This document shows positions 19,417 to 30,397 of a DNA stretch of 64,000 bases, in pieces; position 1 is the stretch's first letter; each line of letters begins with the position of its first letter. Below the pieces are notes generated by a model, which was given only the letters and a program-made list of their open reading frames with translations, had not been told where the DNA came from and did not search any database. The position numbers and the translations under genes were made by a program. The DNA is from an uncultured Alphaproteobacteria bacterium (GTDB taxonomy: Bacteria > Pseudomonadota > Alphaproteobacteria > HIMB59 > GCA-002718135). The stretch covers positions 114,270 to 178,269 of the forward strand of contig CABYHW010000001.1 of assembly GCA_902518705.1 (NCBI GenBank). The letters are read 5' to 3'.

Positions 19417-20418
19417 ATGAGTAACATGCAAGGCAAGTTTCCAAGTACAAGACTTAGACGTAATAGAATGAAAGAATTTTCTCGTCGTTTAGTTGCTGAA
19501 AATACACTTAGTGTTAATGATTTAATCTTGCCTCTATTTGTATGCGAGGGAAACAAGGTTGATGATCCTATTAATTCGATGCCTGGTATAAGCAGATACT
19601 CTATTGATAAACTTTTAAGTGAAGTAGAAAAAGCTGTTAATTTTAATATTCCTGCTATTGCAATTTTTCCGCAAATTGAAAGTGGCCTTAAAAATTCTGA
19701 GGGAAGTTTAGCTGTAGATGAAAACAATTTGGTGTGCAGATCAATTAAAAGTATCAAAAAAGATTTTCCAAATATTGGTATTGTATGTGATGTTGCGTTA
19801 GATCCTTTTACGGACCATGGGCATGATGGTTTGGTTATAAATGATAAAATAGATAATGATAAAACTTTGGAGGTTCTGGAACAACAAGCCCTAATCCAAG
19901 CTAATGCTGGTTGTGATGTAATCGCCCCATCAGATATGATGGATGGAAGAGTGGGAAGAATAAGAACTGCATTAGATTCAAACAATTTAGCAGATACCCT
20001 TATTCTCTCTTATGCTGCAAAATATGCTTCAGGTTTTTATGGACCTTTTAGAGATGCTATAGGTTCTGGTTCTAATTTGGGTAAAGATGGTAAATTAACA
20101 TATCAAATGGATCCATCAAATAGTGATGAAGCTATTAGAGAAGTTGGATTAGATATAAGTGAAGGCGCAGATATGGTAATGGTTAAACCTGGTATGCCTT
20201 ATCTTGATATTATTTCTAGAATTAAATCAGAATTTAAAGTTCCAACTTTTGCCTACCAAGTATCTGGTGAATATTCGATGATAAAAGAGTCAATTAATAA
20301 AGGTTGGCTTAATGAAAAAGTTGTAATGGAATCTCTTTTATCTTTTAAAAGAGCTGGGGCAAATGGTATACTGACTTACTTTGCACTAGAAGCTGCTGAA
20401 AAATTAAAAAATGAATAA
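19417..20418 (+). CDS. hemB: Porphobilinogen synthase (ALA dehydratase)
   Basis: RLRRNR..., [23 protein letters not shown] motifs. Confidence 0.95.
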   Translation: MSNMQGKFPSTRLRRNRMKEFSRRLVAENTLSVNDLILPLFVCEGNKVDDPINSMPGISRYSIDKLLSEVEKAVNFNIPAIAIFPQIESGLKNSEGSLAVDENNLVCRSIKSIKKDFPNIGIVCDVALDPFTDHGHDGLVINDKIDNDKTLEVLEQQALIQANAGCDVIAPSDMMDGRVGRIRTALDSNNLADTLILSYAAKYASGFYGPFRDAIGSGSNLGKDGKLTYQMDPSNSDEAIREVGLDISEGADMVMVKPGMPYLDIISRIKSEFKVPTFAYQVSGEYSMIKESINKGWLNEKVVMESLLSFKRAGANGILTYFALEAAEKLKNE

Positions 20419-20884
20419 CATTCAATTTGAAAAAAGAAAATCTATAGAACAAGTTGAAGAGTCAAATGAGCTTGCTCCGAAATTTGATTCAAATGGTCTA
20501 ATACCCGTTGTAACAACAGATTTTTCATCTGGTGAACTACTTATGCAAGGTTATATGAATGAAGAAGCTTTTAAACAAACTATAAGTTTGGGTGAAGCTG
20601 TTTATTTTTCTAGAAGTAGAAATACCCTTTGGCACAAAGGTAAAACGAGTGGATTAACGCAGAAGATAAAAGAAATAAGAATTGATGATGATCAAGATTG
20701 TGTTTGGTTAAGGGTTGATGTTAAAGGTGGTGCTAGCTGTCATGTGGGATATAGATCATGTTTTTATAGAAGTATACCTTTGGATAATTCTAGCTCTAAA
20801 GTTGTTCTTAAATTTGAAGAGAAAGAAAAAGTTTTTGATCCTGAGGAGGTATACAAAGGTGCTCCAAACCCTACTAAATTATAA
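20411..20884 (+). CDS. hisI: Phosphoribosyl-AMP cyclohydrolase (monofunctional)
   Basis: LIPVVTTD..., [29 protein letters not shown]...[13 protein letters not shown]. Confidence 0.9.
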   Translation: MNNIQFEKRKSIEQVEESNELAPKFDSNGLIPVVTTDFSSGELLMQGYMNEEAFKQTISLGEAVYFSRSRNTLWHKGKTSGLTQKIKEIRIDDDQDCVWLRVDVKGGASCHVGYRSCFYRSIPLDNSSSKVVLKFEEKEKVFDPEEVYKGAPNPTKL

Positions 20885-21474
20885 TGTCAGACAAATTAAA
20901 GTTTATTGAAACTAGTAAGCTTCCAACAGATATTGGTGAGTTCACTGTACATGCCTTTACAGATGAAAATGAATCAAAAGATCATTTAGCAATATGTATG
21001 GGTGACTTGCTTACCGCTGAGCCAGTTTTATCAAGAATTCATTCGCAATGTATTACAGGGGAATCTTTTTTTAGTATGAGATGTGATTGTAGATTCCAAC
21101 TAACTGAATCATTAAAACAAATTGCTAAAAATGGCAGAGGAGTTATTTTTTATCTTCAACAAGAGGGAAGGGGTATCGGCCTTTCAAATAAAATTAAAGC
21201 ATATAATTTACAAGACAAAGGACTAGATACTGTTGAGGCTAATCATCAACTAGGTTTCAAAGATGATGAGAGAACATATGAAAATATTGCTGGAATGGTA
21301 AAATATTTAGCAATCAAAGAATTAGATTTAATGACCAATAATCCAAAAAAAATAAAAGCGCTTGAAGATATGGGTATCAAAGTAAATCAAAGAGTTCCTA
21401 TTACCTCAGACACCAATAAGTATAATGAAAAATATATCTCAACTAAGAAAAGTAAACTTGGTCATTTAATCTAA
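20884..21474 (+). CDS. ribA: GTP cyclohydrolase II
   Basis: RIHSQCITGE...CDCR.QL, YLQQEGRGIGL.NK..AY.LQD.G.DTV.AN. Confidence 0.9.
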   Translation: MSDKLKFIETSKLPTDIGEFTVHAFTDENESKDHLAICMGDLLTAEPVLSRIHSQCITGESFFSMRCDCRFQLTESLKQIAKNGRGVIFYLQQEGRGIGLSNKIKAYNLQDKGLDTVEANHQLGFKDDERTYENIAGMVKYLAIKELDLMTNNPKKIKALEDMGIKVNQRVPITSDTNKYNEKYISTKKSKLGHLI

Positions 21475-21879
21475 GTGGAAGCAGATAATTTAATAAAAAA
21501 ACTCAATATGATCAGTCATCCTGAAGGAGGACATTATGTTGAAAATTTTAAGAACGAAAATGTTAGTCAAATTTATTACTTATTAAAGAGGAACGAAAAA
21601 TCACATTGGCATCGATTAACTAAAAATGAAATATTACATTTTTATTCTGGAGATCCTCTAGAAGTTTTCACATCAAATGACGGAGTTAATTATGAAGTTT
21701 TTTCTTTAGGGTCAGATAATAATTATATTTACACCGTAACAGCAAACACATGGTTTGCTATGAGATCTTCTGGTGCTTTCAGTTTAATTGGATGCACTGT
21801 CGCACCTGCTTTTGATTTTGATGATTTTGAACTTGCACCTGCGACGTGGCGACCTGAAAATTTCAAAATTGAGTTATAG
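21475..21879 (+). CDS. Cupin-fold protein (DUF985-like)
   Basis: GTG start abutting the ribA stop. LNMISHPEGGHY...SHWHRL..NEILHFYSG.PLE resembles DUF985/YML079w cupins. Confidence 0.6.
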   Translation: MEADNLIKKLNMISHPEGGHYVENFKNENVSQIYYLLKRNEKSHWHRLTKNEILHFYSGDPLEVFTSNDGVNYEVFSLGSDNNYIYTVTANTWFAMRSSGAFSLIGCTVAPAFDFDDFELAPATWRPENFKIEL

Positions 21880-21939
21880 TTTTCACTTTTCTTTAATTTA
21901 AATTCTTTATATATTAGTATTAAATAACGGAGGTTCTAA

Positions 21940-24075
<2,136 letters not shown>

Positions 24076-24094
24076 AAATAATTTAAATTAATTT

Positions 24095-24127
24095 AAAAGT
24101 GGAACTTAGAGTTCCACTTTTTTTATT
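24095..24127. terminator. Bidirectional intrinsic terminator (katG / NTF2-like gene)
   Basis: AAAA-GTGGAACT-TAG-AGTTCCAC-TTTTTTTATTTT: a perfect 8-bp stem flanked by an A-run and a T-run, between convergent genes. Confidence 0.8.
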
Positions 24128-24443
24128 TTGGCATATTGGTTGCCCCAGTTTCTAGTGAAATTATTTTGCCATCTTTATATTTGTATACCGCCATCACAGC
24201 TTGTGTGTTGCCATCTTTAAAAGTAACGAAAGAGTGATATATCCCAATCTCGTCATTTTCGTATACAATTCTAGACTTATCATCATTAATGTCGTCACTC
24301 ATAGCCCAACTTATAACGTCGGACTTTGATAAAACATTACCACTAGAATGCATTGTAAATTTGAAATCATCATGGATAATTTCATTCATTCCTGCTTCAT
24401 CTTTTTCATTAAATACCTTCATGTATTTTTCTAGTATTGACAT
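24123..24443 (-). CDS. Small hypothetical protein, possibly NTF2/SnoaL-like fold
   Basis: 106 aa ORF with no overlap to other genes. The pattern (YMKVFNEKDEAGMNEIIHDDFKF...) is weakly reminiscent of SnoaL-like domains, so the function call is a guess. Confidence 0.35.
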   Translation of the reverse strand: MSILEKYMKVFNEKDEAGMNEIIHDDFKFTMHSSGNVLSKSDVISWAMSDDINDDKSRIVYENDEIGIYHSFVTFKDGNTQAVMAVYKYKDGKIISLETGATNMPK

Positions 24444-24498
24444 ATTTTCTCCTAGTATCAGTATTTTATATAGGAAATTATTTTAAATAAGTATTTAA

Positions 24499-25470
24499 TT
24501 ATCTTTCTTTAATGTAAGGTTGACCAATAGCATTAGGTGCAATTGCTTTACCTACAAAACCAGCAAGCAATACTACTGTTAGTATATATGGAAGTGCTTG
24601 TATTAATTGAACTGGTATTTCGCCAATTGCAGGTAGTTCAACACCTTGAAGTCTGATTTGAAGAGCGTCTGTGAATCCAAAGAGCAAGCAAGCAATTAAA
24701 GCTGTTTTCGGGTGCCACTTTCCAAAGATCATTGCTGCTAGAGCTAAGTATCCTCTACCAGCTGACATTTCTCTGAAGAAATTTGCATTAACAGCAGTTG
24801 ATAAATGAGCACCAGCAAAAGCAATTAGGACTCCGTTGATTGCTAGCGCTTTATATCTCATAGTAAAGACATTGATTCCAGCAGTGTCAACGGCACTTGG
24901 ATTTTCTCCAACTGCTCTTAAACGCAAACCAAAGCTAGTTTTAAATACTATCCAAAAAACTAGTGGAACAGAGAGATATGCTAAATATACAAAAACATAA
25001 TGACCACTTAATATATCACTATAAAGTGTTCCAATAAACGGAATGTCTCTTAGCGCGTCAGCAAAAGGAAGATGAATTTCTAAAAAACGCTGATCTTCAT
25101 TTAATGTTGGTGTTAGACCTGCTTGCCCAAACCAAGCTGCTGCTAAAGCAGTTGTTAATCCAATAATTAAAATATTTATAGCAACACATGATACTACTTG
25201 ATCGCCTTTATGTGTTACCGAAGCAAATCCATGTAACATTGATAAACATACACATACAATTATAGCTAACAATAAACCTAACCACGGGTTACCTAAATAG
25301 TAAGAACCAACAGCTGCTACAAAGGCAGCCATAAGCATTTTACCTTCTAAGCTAAAATCTATTACGCCAGATCTTTCAGCAAATATACCAGCCATTGCTG
25401 CAAAAACTAAAGGTGTAGATATTCTTAAAGTAGAATTAATTAAAGAAGCAATATCAGATAAAAATTCCAT
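24499..25470 (-). CDS. ABC transporter permease (BMP/nucleoside-type, YufQ/NupQ-like)
   Basis: Polytopic membrane protein in an operon with the BMP-family SBP and a dual ATPase. Typical branched sugar/nucleoside permease sequence. Confidence 0.85.
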   Translation of the reverse strand: MEFLSDIASLINSTLRISTPLVFAAMAGIFAERSGVIDFSLEGKMLMAAFVAAVGSYYLGNPWLGLLLAIIVCVCLSMLHGFASVTHKGDQVVSCVAINILIIGLTTALAAAWFGQAGLTPTLNEDQRFLEIHLPFADALRDIPFIGTLYSDILSGHYVFVYLAYLSVPLVFWIVFKTSFGLRLRAVGENPSAVDTAGINVFTMRYKALAINGVLIAFAGAHLSTAVNANFFREMSAGRGYLALAAMIFGKWHPKTALIACLLFGFTDALQIRLQGVELPAIGEIPVQLIQALPYILTVVLLAGFVGKAIAPNAIGQPYIKER

Positions 25471-26591
25471 TACGCATTTACCTCTCTATTAAGCCTTCTA
25501 ACAAAAAAGCTTTCTATTTGTGGTCTAAAAAGATTTTCTAATGCACCACTAAATAGTATTATTAATCCCTGAACAGCAACAAACATGTATCTAGTTATGT
25601 TTGGCATTTCGAATGTAACTTCTGAGCCTCCTTGGTATAAAATTCCAAATAAAAAAGCTGCTGGTAAAATACCAATCGGATGATTTCTGCCCATTAGTGC
25701 AACTGCAATTCCTGTAAATCCATATCCTGCTGGAAAGCCTGCTTGAATTTTATGGCTTACACCAAGAATTTCATTGACGCCAAGTAGACCTGCTAAACCT
25801 CCAGAAATACACATCGCGATGATAATATTTTTATGTGGTGATATACCTGCATATATTGCTGCTTGAGTATTGTGTCCTACTGCTCGCATTTCATAACCCC
25901 ATTTAGTTTTCCAAACTAAAAACCAAACAAAGAACAATGATGCAATTGCTAATAAAAAAGTCAGGTTAAGAGGTGAATATCTTATTTTTATTCCAAGAAT
26001 TCCGGAGAATGCTTCAAAACTTGGTAACCAGATTTCTTCTGGAAGCTTCACCGTATGTGGTGCCATTTGATTTGTATCTCTAATCACATCTACAAGTAAG
26101 AAAATCATTAAAGATGAAGCGATAAAATTAAACATTATTGTTGTAATAACAACATGACTTCCTCTTTTTGATTGAAGATAAGCAGGTATGTAAGCCCATG
26201 CTGCACCAAATAAAAATGCACCAAAGATTGCTAAAAGCCAAACGATTGGAACAGGGAGAAAACTTAAATTTATTGCTACTAAAAAAACACCTAGGCCGCC
26301 TATGTATGCTTGACCTTCTCCACCAATATTAAATAGTCTACAATGGAAAGCTACAGCAAAAGCTAGTCCAGTAAAAATAAAATTTGTTGTGTAATAAAGT
26401 GTATAAGCAAATCCTTGGATGTAACCAAATGATCCATAAATAATTAACTTAACAGCCTCTATTGGATTTTCACCTGCAATAAAAACAAAAAGTCCTGAAA
26501 CTAATAACGCTAATGTTAAGTTTACTAGTGGAACAATAACATTAGAGACCCACCACGGAACTTTTGATTTATCGACTACAATATTACTCAT
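25470..26591 (-). CDS. ABC transporter permease (BMP/nucleoside-type, YufP/NupP-like)
   Basis: 373 aa polytopic membrane protein. 1-nt overlaps with both neighbours. Confidence 0.85.
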   Translation of the reverse strand: MSNIVVDKSKVPWWVSNVIVPLVNLTLALLVSGLFVFIAGENPIEAVKLIIYGSFGYIQGFAYTLYYTTNFIFTGLAFAVAFHCRLFNIGGEGQAYIGGLGVFLVAINLSFLPVPIVWLLAIFGAFLFGAAWAYIPAYLQSKRGSHVVITTIMFNFIASSLMIFLLVDVIRDTNQMAPHTVKLPEEIWLPSFEAFSGILGIKIRYSPLNLTFLLAIASLFFVWFLVWKTKWGYEMRAVGHNTQAAIYAGISPHKNIIIAMCISGGLAGLLGVNEILGVSHKIQAGFPAGYGFTGIAVALMGRNHPIGILPAAFLFGILYQGGSEVTFEMPNITRYMFVAVQGLIILFSGALENLFRPQIESFFVRRLNREVNA

Positions 26592-28111
26592 TATGCAACA
26601 CCTGCCATTAGCAATCCTAGCTCACGATCAGTGACATTTTTATTTTCCTTTTCTCCAACAATTTTTCCATCAAACATAACAATTATTCTGTCAGATAAGG
26701 ATAAAATTTCATCTAATTCAACTGATGCTAATAATATTGCTGCACCTTTATCTCTCATATCAATAAGACGTTGATGAATAAACTCGATTGCTCCAATATC
26801 TACACCTCTTGTTGGTTGCCCCACTAAAAGAACTTTTGGATTTTCATTAAGCTCTCTACTCAAAATAATTTTTTGTTGATTACCTCCTGAAAAATTAGAT
26901 GTTATTAAGTTTGGAGAATTAGGTCTAACATCATATTCTTGCATAACTTTATTTGAATATTCAGTAATTTCTTTATTGTTCAAAATTGCAGATTTTGAAT
27001 ATGGCTCTTGATCATGATAACCAAAAATTAAATTTTCATGTGCCTTGAAATCACTAATTAAACCCATTCTTTGCCTGTCTTCAGGTACATGTGCTAAACC
27101 TTTTTCTTTAAGCATTCTTGGGTTTAAGAAATTATTCTGATCAGAAATTTTTTCACCAAATAATTCAATACTTCCAGACTCTACTTTTCTAATTCCAGAA
27201 AGTGCTTCTAATAATTCAGTTTGTCCATTACCAGTTACACCAGCAATACCCAGAATTTCTCCTGAACATATTTCTAGGTTTACATCTTTTACACGCGTTA
27301 CATCTAGATCATTTTTAACTGAAAGATTATTAACTTTGAATATGGTCTCCCCTTTTTTTATATCTTTTTTATCAACTCTAAGTAAGACACTTCTTCCTAC
27401 CATCATTTCGGCTAGTTGTTCTTTGCTTGTATCTTCAGTTTTTGTATGCCCAACCATTTCTCCTTGGCGCATCACTGATACTTCGCTTGTTAAATCCATT
27501 ATTTCAATTAATTTATGCGTAATTAAAACTATGGTTTTGCCTTCATCTTTTAATGAACGAAGAATTTTAAATAATTCATCAACTTCTTGAGGTGTAAGAA
27601 CTCCTGTTGGCTCATCAAGAATTAAAATTTCTGCTCCTCTGTATAAGGATTTTAATATTTCCACTCTTTGACGAAAACCTACAGATAAATCTGAAATAGT
27701 AGCATCAAGATCAATATTAAAATTATATGTTTGACATAATTTTTCTAAATCTTCTTTTGCCTTTTGTAATTTTTCTCCAAATACTGTTTCACCTTCAAAA
27801 CCAAGAATTATATTTTCTAGTACAGTAAAATTTTCTACCAACATAAAATGTTGATGAACCATTCCAATGCCGTTTATTATTGAATCTCTTGGTGATCTTA
27901 AATTAATTTCTTTTCCATTAATCTTAATTGAACCTGAATTAGCTTGGTAAAGACCAAAAACTATACTCATCAAAGTAGATTTACCTGCTCCGTTTTCTCC
28001 AATTATGCCGTGAATTGTTCCTTTATTTATTTTGAGATTAATGTTTTTATTGGCATGAACATGACCAAATGATTTATTTATATCAGTTAATTCTAAGATA
28101 GGTGAGACCAT
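26591..28111 (-). CDS. ABC transporter ATP-binding protein with two fused ATPase domains
   Basis: First-domain Walker A GENGAGKST and Walker B ILILDEP. The second domain has GVTGNGQTEL and FSGGNQQK. 506 aa. Confidence 0.9.
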   Translation of the reverse strand: MVSPILELTDINKSFGHVHANKNINLKINKGTIHGIIGENGAGKSTLMSIVFGLYQANSGSIKINGKEINLRSPRDSIINGIGMVHQHFMLVENFTVLENIILGFEGETVFGEKLQKAKEDLEKLCQTYNFNIDLDATISDLSVGFRQRVEILKSLYRGAEILILDEPTGVLTPQEVDELFKILRSLKDEGKTIVLITHKLIEIMDLTSEVSVMRQGEMVGHTKTEDTSKEQLAEMMVGRSVLLRVDKKDIKKGETIFKVNNLSVKNDLDVTRVKDVNLEICSGEILGIAGVTGNGQTELLEALSGIRKVESGSIELFGEKISDQNNFLNPRMLKEKGLAHVPEDRQRMGLISDFKAHENLIFGYHDQEPYSKSAILNNKEITEYSNKVMQEYDVRPNSPNLITSNFSGGNQQKIILSRELNENPKVLLVGQPTRGVDIGAIEFIHQRLIDMRDKGAAILLASVELDEILSLSDRIIVMFDGKIVGEKENKNVTDRELGLLMAGVA

Positions 28112-28139
28112 AAATTATTTATTAATCTTTGGTCTCACC
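28101..28139 (-). promoter_or_regulatory. Intercistronic 10-bp stem-loop that includes the ATPase start codon
   Basis: The mRNA reads GGUGAGACCA-(19 nt AU-rich loop)-UGGUCUCACC. The UG of the AUG (28111..28109) and the next 8 nt form the 3' arm. Confidence 0.55.
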
Positions 28140-28157
28140 AAATATTTATTTTAGTAT

Positions 28158-29135
28158 CTACTCTTGTGACCAGTCAGCAACAACTAGAGCACCACTAGCA
28201 ATGTCTGCAGCAGCAGCATCTGCGGCAGCAGCCATTTCAGATGTTACCATTCCATCTTCAGTTGCATAACCAACCATTCCTTCTGAAAGACCAAGAATGT
28301 TTATGCCAGATTCAAATCTGCCTGACTCAACATTTTTAGCTTGTTCAAAAATTGTTAGATCTAATCTCTTCAACATTGATGTTAACATGTTACCTGGATG
28401 CATCCAGTTTTGATTAGAGTCAACTCCAATACCCATAATGCCTGCATCAGCAGCAGCTTGAAGAACACCAATACCTGTTCCACCAGCAGCTTGGTATACA
28501 ACATCAGCACCGCCATCAATTTGAGCTTTTGTTAATTCTGCACCTTTTGTTGGGTTATTCCATGCCTCATTTGTAGTTCCAGTCATATTAGCTAAAACAG
28601 TTATATCTGGATTTACATATTGTGCACCTTGCTCATAACCACCTTGGAATTTTCTAATCAGAGGAATATCCATTCCACCGACGAAACCTATTGTTCCACT
28701 TTTAGATGCCATAGCAGCCATCATTCCAACTAAGAAAGAACCTTCATGTTCTTTGTAACAAGCTTGATAAATATTATTGTTTGGATCATCTAACCAACAA
28801 ACATCAACTGCAACAAATTTTATATCTGGGTAATCAGCTGAAACTGCTGCAACTGCATCAGCTTGAGCAAATCCCATTCCTACGATCATTGTTGCTCCTC
28901 TATCAGCAATCTTACGCATACCTTGCTCGATCTGATTGTCGTTTGCAGATTCAAACTCAATCATACCCCAGCCAAGTTCATTAACAACTCTCTCAGCTGT
29001 ATTGAACGCTAACTCGTTAAATGATTTGTCAAATTTTCCACCAGAGTCATAAACAACTCCTATTGTGTTTGCGAACGCACTTGAAGAGAAGACAAGAGCG
29101 AAAGAAACTGAAAAAATACTTAAAATTTTCTTCAT
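28158..29135 (-). CDS. BMP-family (Med/PnrA-like) substrate-binding protein, probable nucleoside receptor
   Basis: Signal peptide, then VVYDSGGKFDKSFNE..., GFVGGMDIPLIRKF..G..QGA typical of basic membrane protein family SBPs. Confidence 0.85.
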   Translation of the reverse strand: MKKILSIFSVSFALVFSSSAFANTIGVVYDSGGKFDKSFNELAFNTAERVVNELGWGMIEFESANDNQIEQGMRKIADRGATMIVGMGFAQADAVAAVSADYPDIKFVAVDVCWLDDPNNNIYQACYKEHEGSFLVGMMAAMASKSGTIGFVGGMDIPLIRKFQGGYEQGAQYVNPDITVLANMTGTTNEAWNNPTKGAELTKAQIDGGADVVYQAAGGTGIGVLQAAADAGIMGIGVDSNQNWMHPGNMLTSMLKRLDLTIFEQAKNVESGRFESGINILGLSEGMVGYATEDGMVTSEMAAAADAAAADIASGALVVADWSQE

Positions 29136-29217
29136 ACCAAAAATCCCCCTTAAATATGAATTATAGATATCCCATTGATAACATTTTCTTTATAAAAAAA
29201 TGCATTAAAAAATGAGA

Positions 29218-29250
29218 TTATGGATAAATAATAGGATTTTTTATGGATAA
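29218..29250 (-). repeat. Two exact 10-nt direct repeats upstream of the nucleoside ABC operon
   Basis: TTATGGATAA at 29218..29227 and 29241..29250 (TTATCCATAA on the operon strand), 23 bp start-to-start, between the upp stop and the SBP start. Confidence 0.5.
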
Positions 29251-29252
29251 CT

Positions 29253-29873
29253 TCAAGTACCCATATACCTATCGCCTGCGTCACCTAAGCCCGGTACAAT
29301 GAACTTATTTTTATTCAATTTAGCATCAATGTTGCAAGTAAATATATGAATGCCTTTTTGCTTTTTTTGAATTTTTTTAATACCCTCAGGAGCAGCTAGC
29401 AAAGACACCAAAAATATATCTTTAATATTAACGCCTTTGTTTTTTATTAAATTGATTGCAGCAATTGAAGAATTACCTGTGGCCAACATTGGATCTAAAA
29501 TTAACACTTTTTTATTTTTAACTCTTGGAAGTTTAAAGAGGTATTCTACAGGTTCATAAGTTTGTTCGTCTCGGTATAAACCTATGTGACCTTTTTCGGC
29601 TTCGGGTAAAAATTTTGCAAACCCTTCAAGTAATCCTAAACCAGCGCGTAAAATTGGTACCAAAATTATGGGTTGACCCAATGCTGTACCACTCATTTTT
29701 TTTAGAGGTGTTTCAATTGTTTGTTTTTTAAAGGGAACGTATTGAAGAACATCAGAAGCAATGAGGTAGCTTATTTCATTCATAGTTTGTCTAAAAAAAG
29801 TATTTGATGTTTTTTTATTTCGCAAAATTGTTAATTTGTATTGAACGAATGGTGATTTAATTACTGTAATCAT
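29253..29873 (-). CDS. upp: Uracil phosphoribosyltransferase
   Basis: VPILRAGLG..., ILDPMLATGNS, PGLGDAGDR. Confidence 0.95.
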   Translation of the reverse strand: MITVIKSPFVQYKLTILRNKKTSNTFFRQTMNEISYLIASDVLQYVPFKKQTIETPLKKMSGTALGQPIILVPILRAGLGLLEGFAKFLPEAEKGHIGLYRDEQTYEPVEYLFKLPRVKNKKVLILDPMLATGNSSIAAINLIKNKGVNIKDIFLVSLLAAPEGIKKIQKKQKGIHIFTCNIDAKLNKNKFIVPGLGDAGDRYMGT

Positions 29874-29908
29874 ATGCGATTACATATATAGAATTCACAC
29901 TAAGAGCA

Positions 29909-30397
29909 ATGCGGTTATCAATTTATTTTTTAACATTAGTGATTTTATCTAGCTGTACGACCATTGAGGTTGGAAGAGAAGTTGTGAAAGTTGGGGCGGT
30001 TTTAAAAAAAGATAAAGTTGAAGATACTATTCCAAAAGAAGAGCCAGAAATTATTGAAGATAAAACTATTGTTGAAGAGCAACAAATTATCACTGAAGAA
30101 AAAGAAGAGGAAAAAACTATAGTTAAGGAGCAGCAAAAAATCGCAGAAATAAATTTCATGGGAAAACAACTTGCTGAGATAAAACAAAAACTGGGGAAAC
30201 CTAATTTAGCACGATCTGATGGATCAGTTCATATGATGCGATATGATAGTAGTTCATGTAGATTATTTATTTTCTTTAATTACAACTCTAATATTAAGAG
30301 AGTAGAATATTTTGAATTTCGAGATTCTTCAGGTAAACTTATAAATACAAAAGGGTCTATTGAAGAATGTTATAAAGAATACAACCTTACTAGCTAA
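29909..30397 (+). CDS. Hypothetical lipoprotein with Glu/Lys-rich repeat linker
   Basis: Lipobox LILSSC. Internal near-repeat KTIVEEQQII / KTIVKEQQKI. The globular C-terminal half has unknown function. The 3' end overlaps pyc by 8 nt (convergent). Confidence 0.55.
   Translation: MRLSIYFLTLVILSSCTTIEVGREVVKVGAVLKKDKVEDTIPKEEPEIIEDKTIVEEQQIITEEKEEEKTIVKEQQKIAEINFMGKQLAEIKQKLGKPNLARSDGSVHMMRYDSSSCRLFIFFNYNSNIKRVEYFEFRDSSGKLINTKGSIEECYKEYNLTS

Noticed and set aside
19302-19985. 227-aa ORF on the minus strand spanning the thrS/hemB junction.
   Set aside because: It is entirely antisense to two unambiguous, highly conserved genes. Its Ser/Leu/Ile-rich low-complexity translation is typical of antisense frames in AT-rich coding DNA, and it has no recognisable motifs.
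29990-30150. Repetitive GAAGA/AAAGA-rich DNA that looks like a tandem repeat array.
   Set aside because: It is the coding sequence for the Glu/Lys-rich linker of the lipoprotein (near-repeat KTIVEEQQ). It has no spacer/repeat periodicity characteristic of CRISPR or other arrays.
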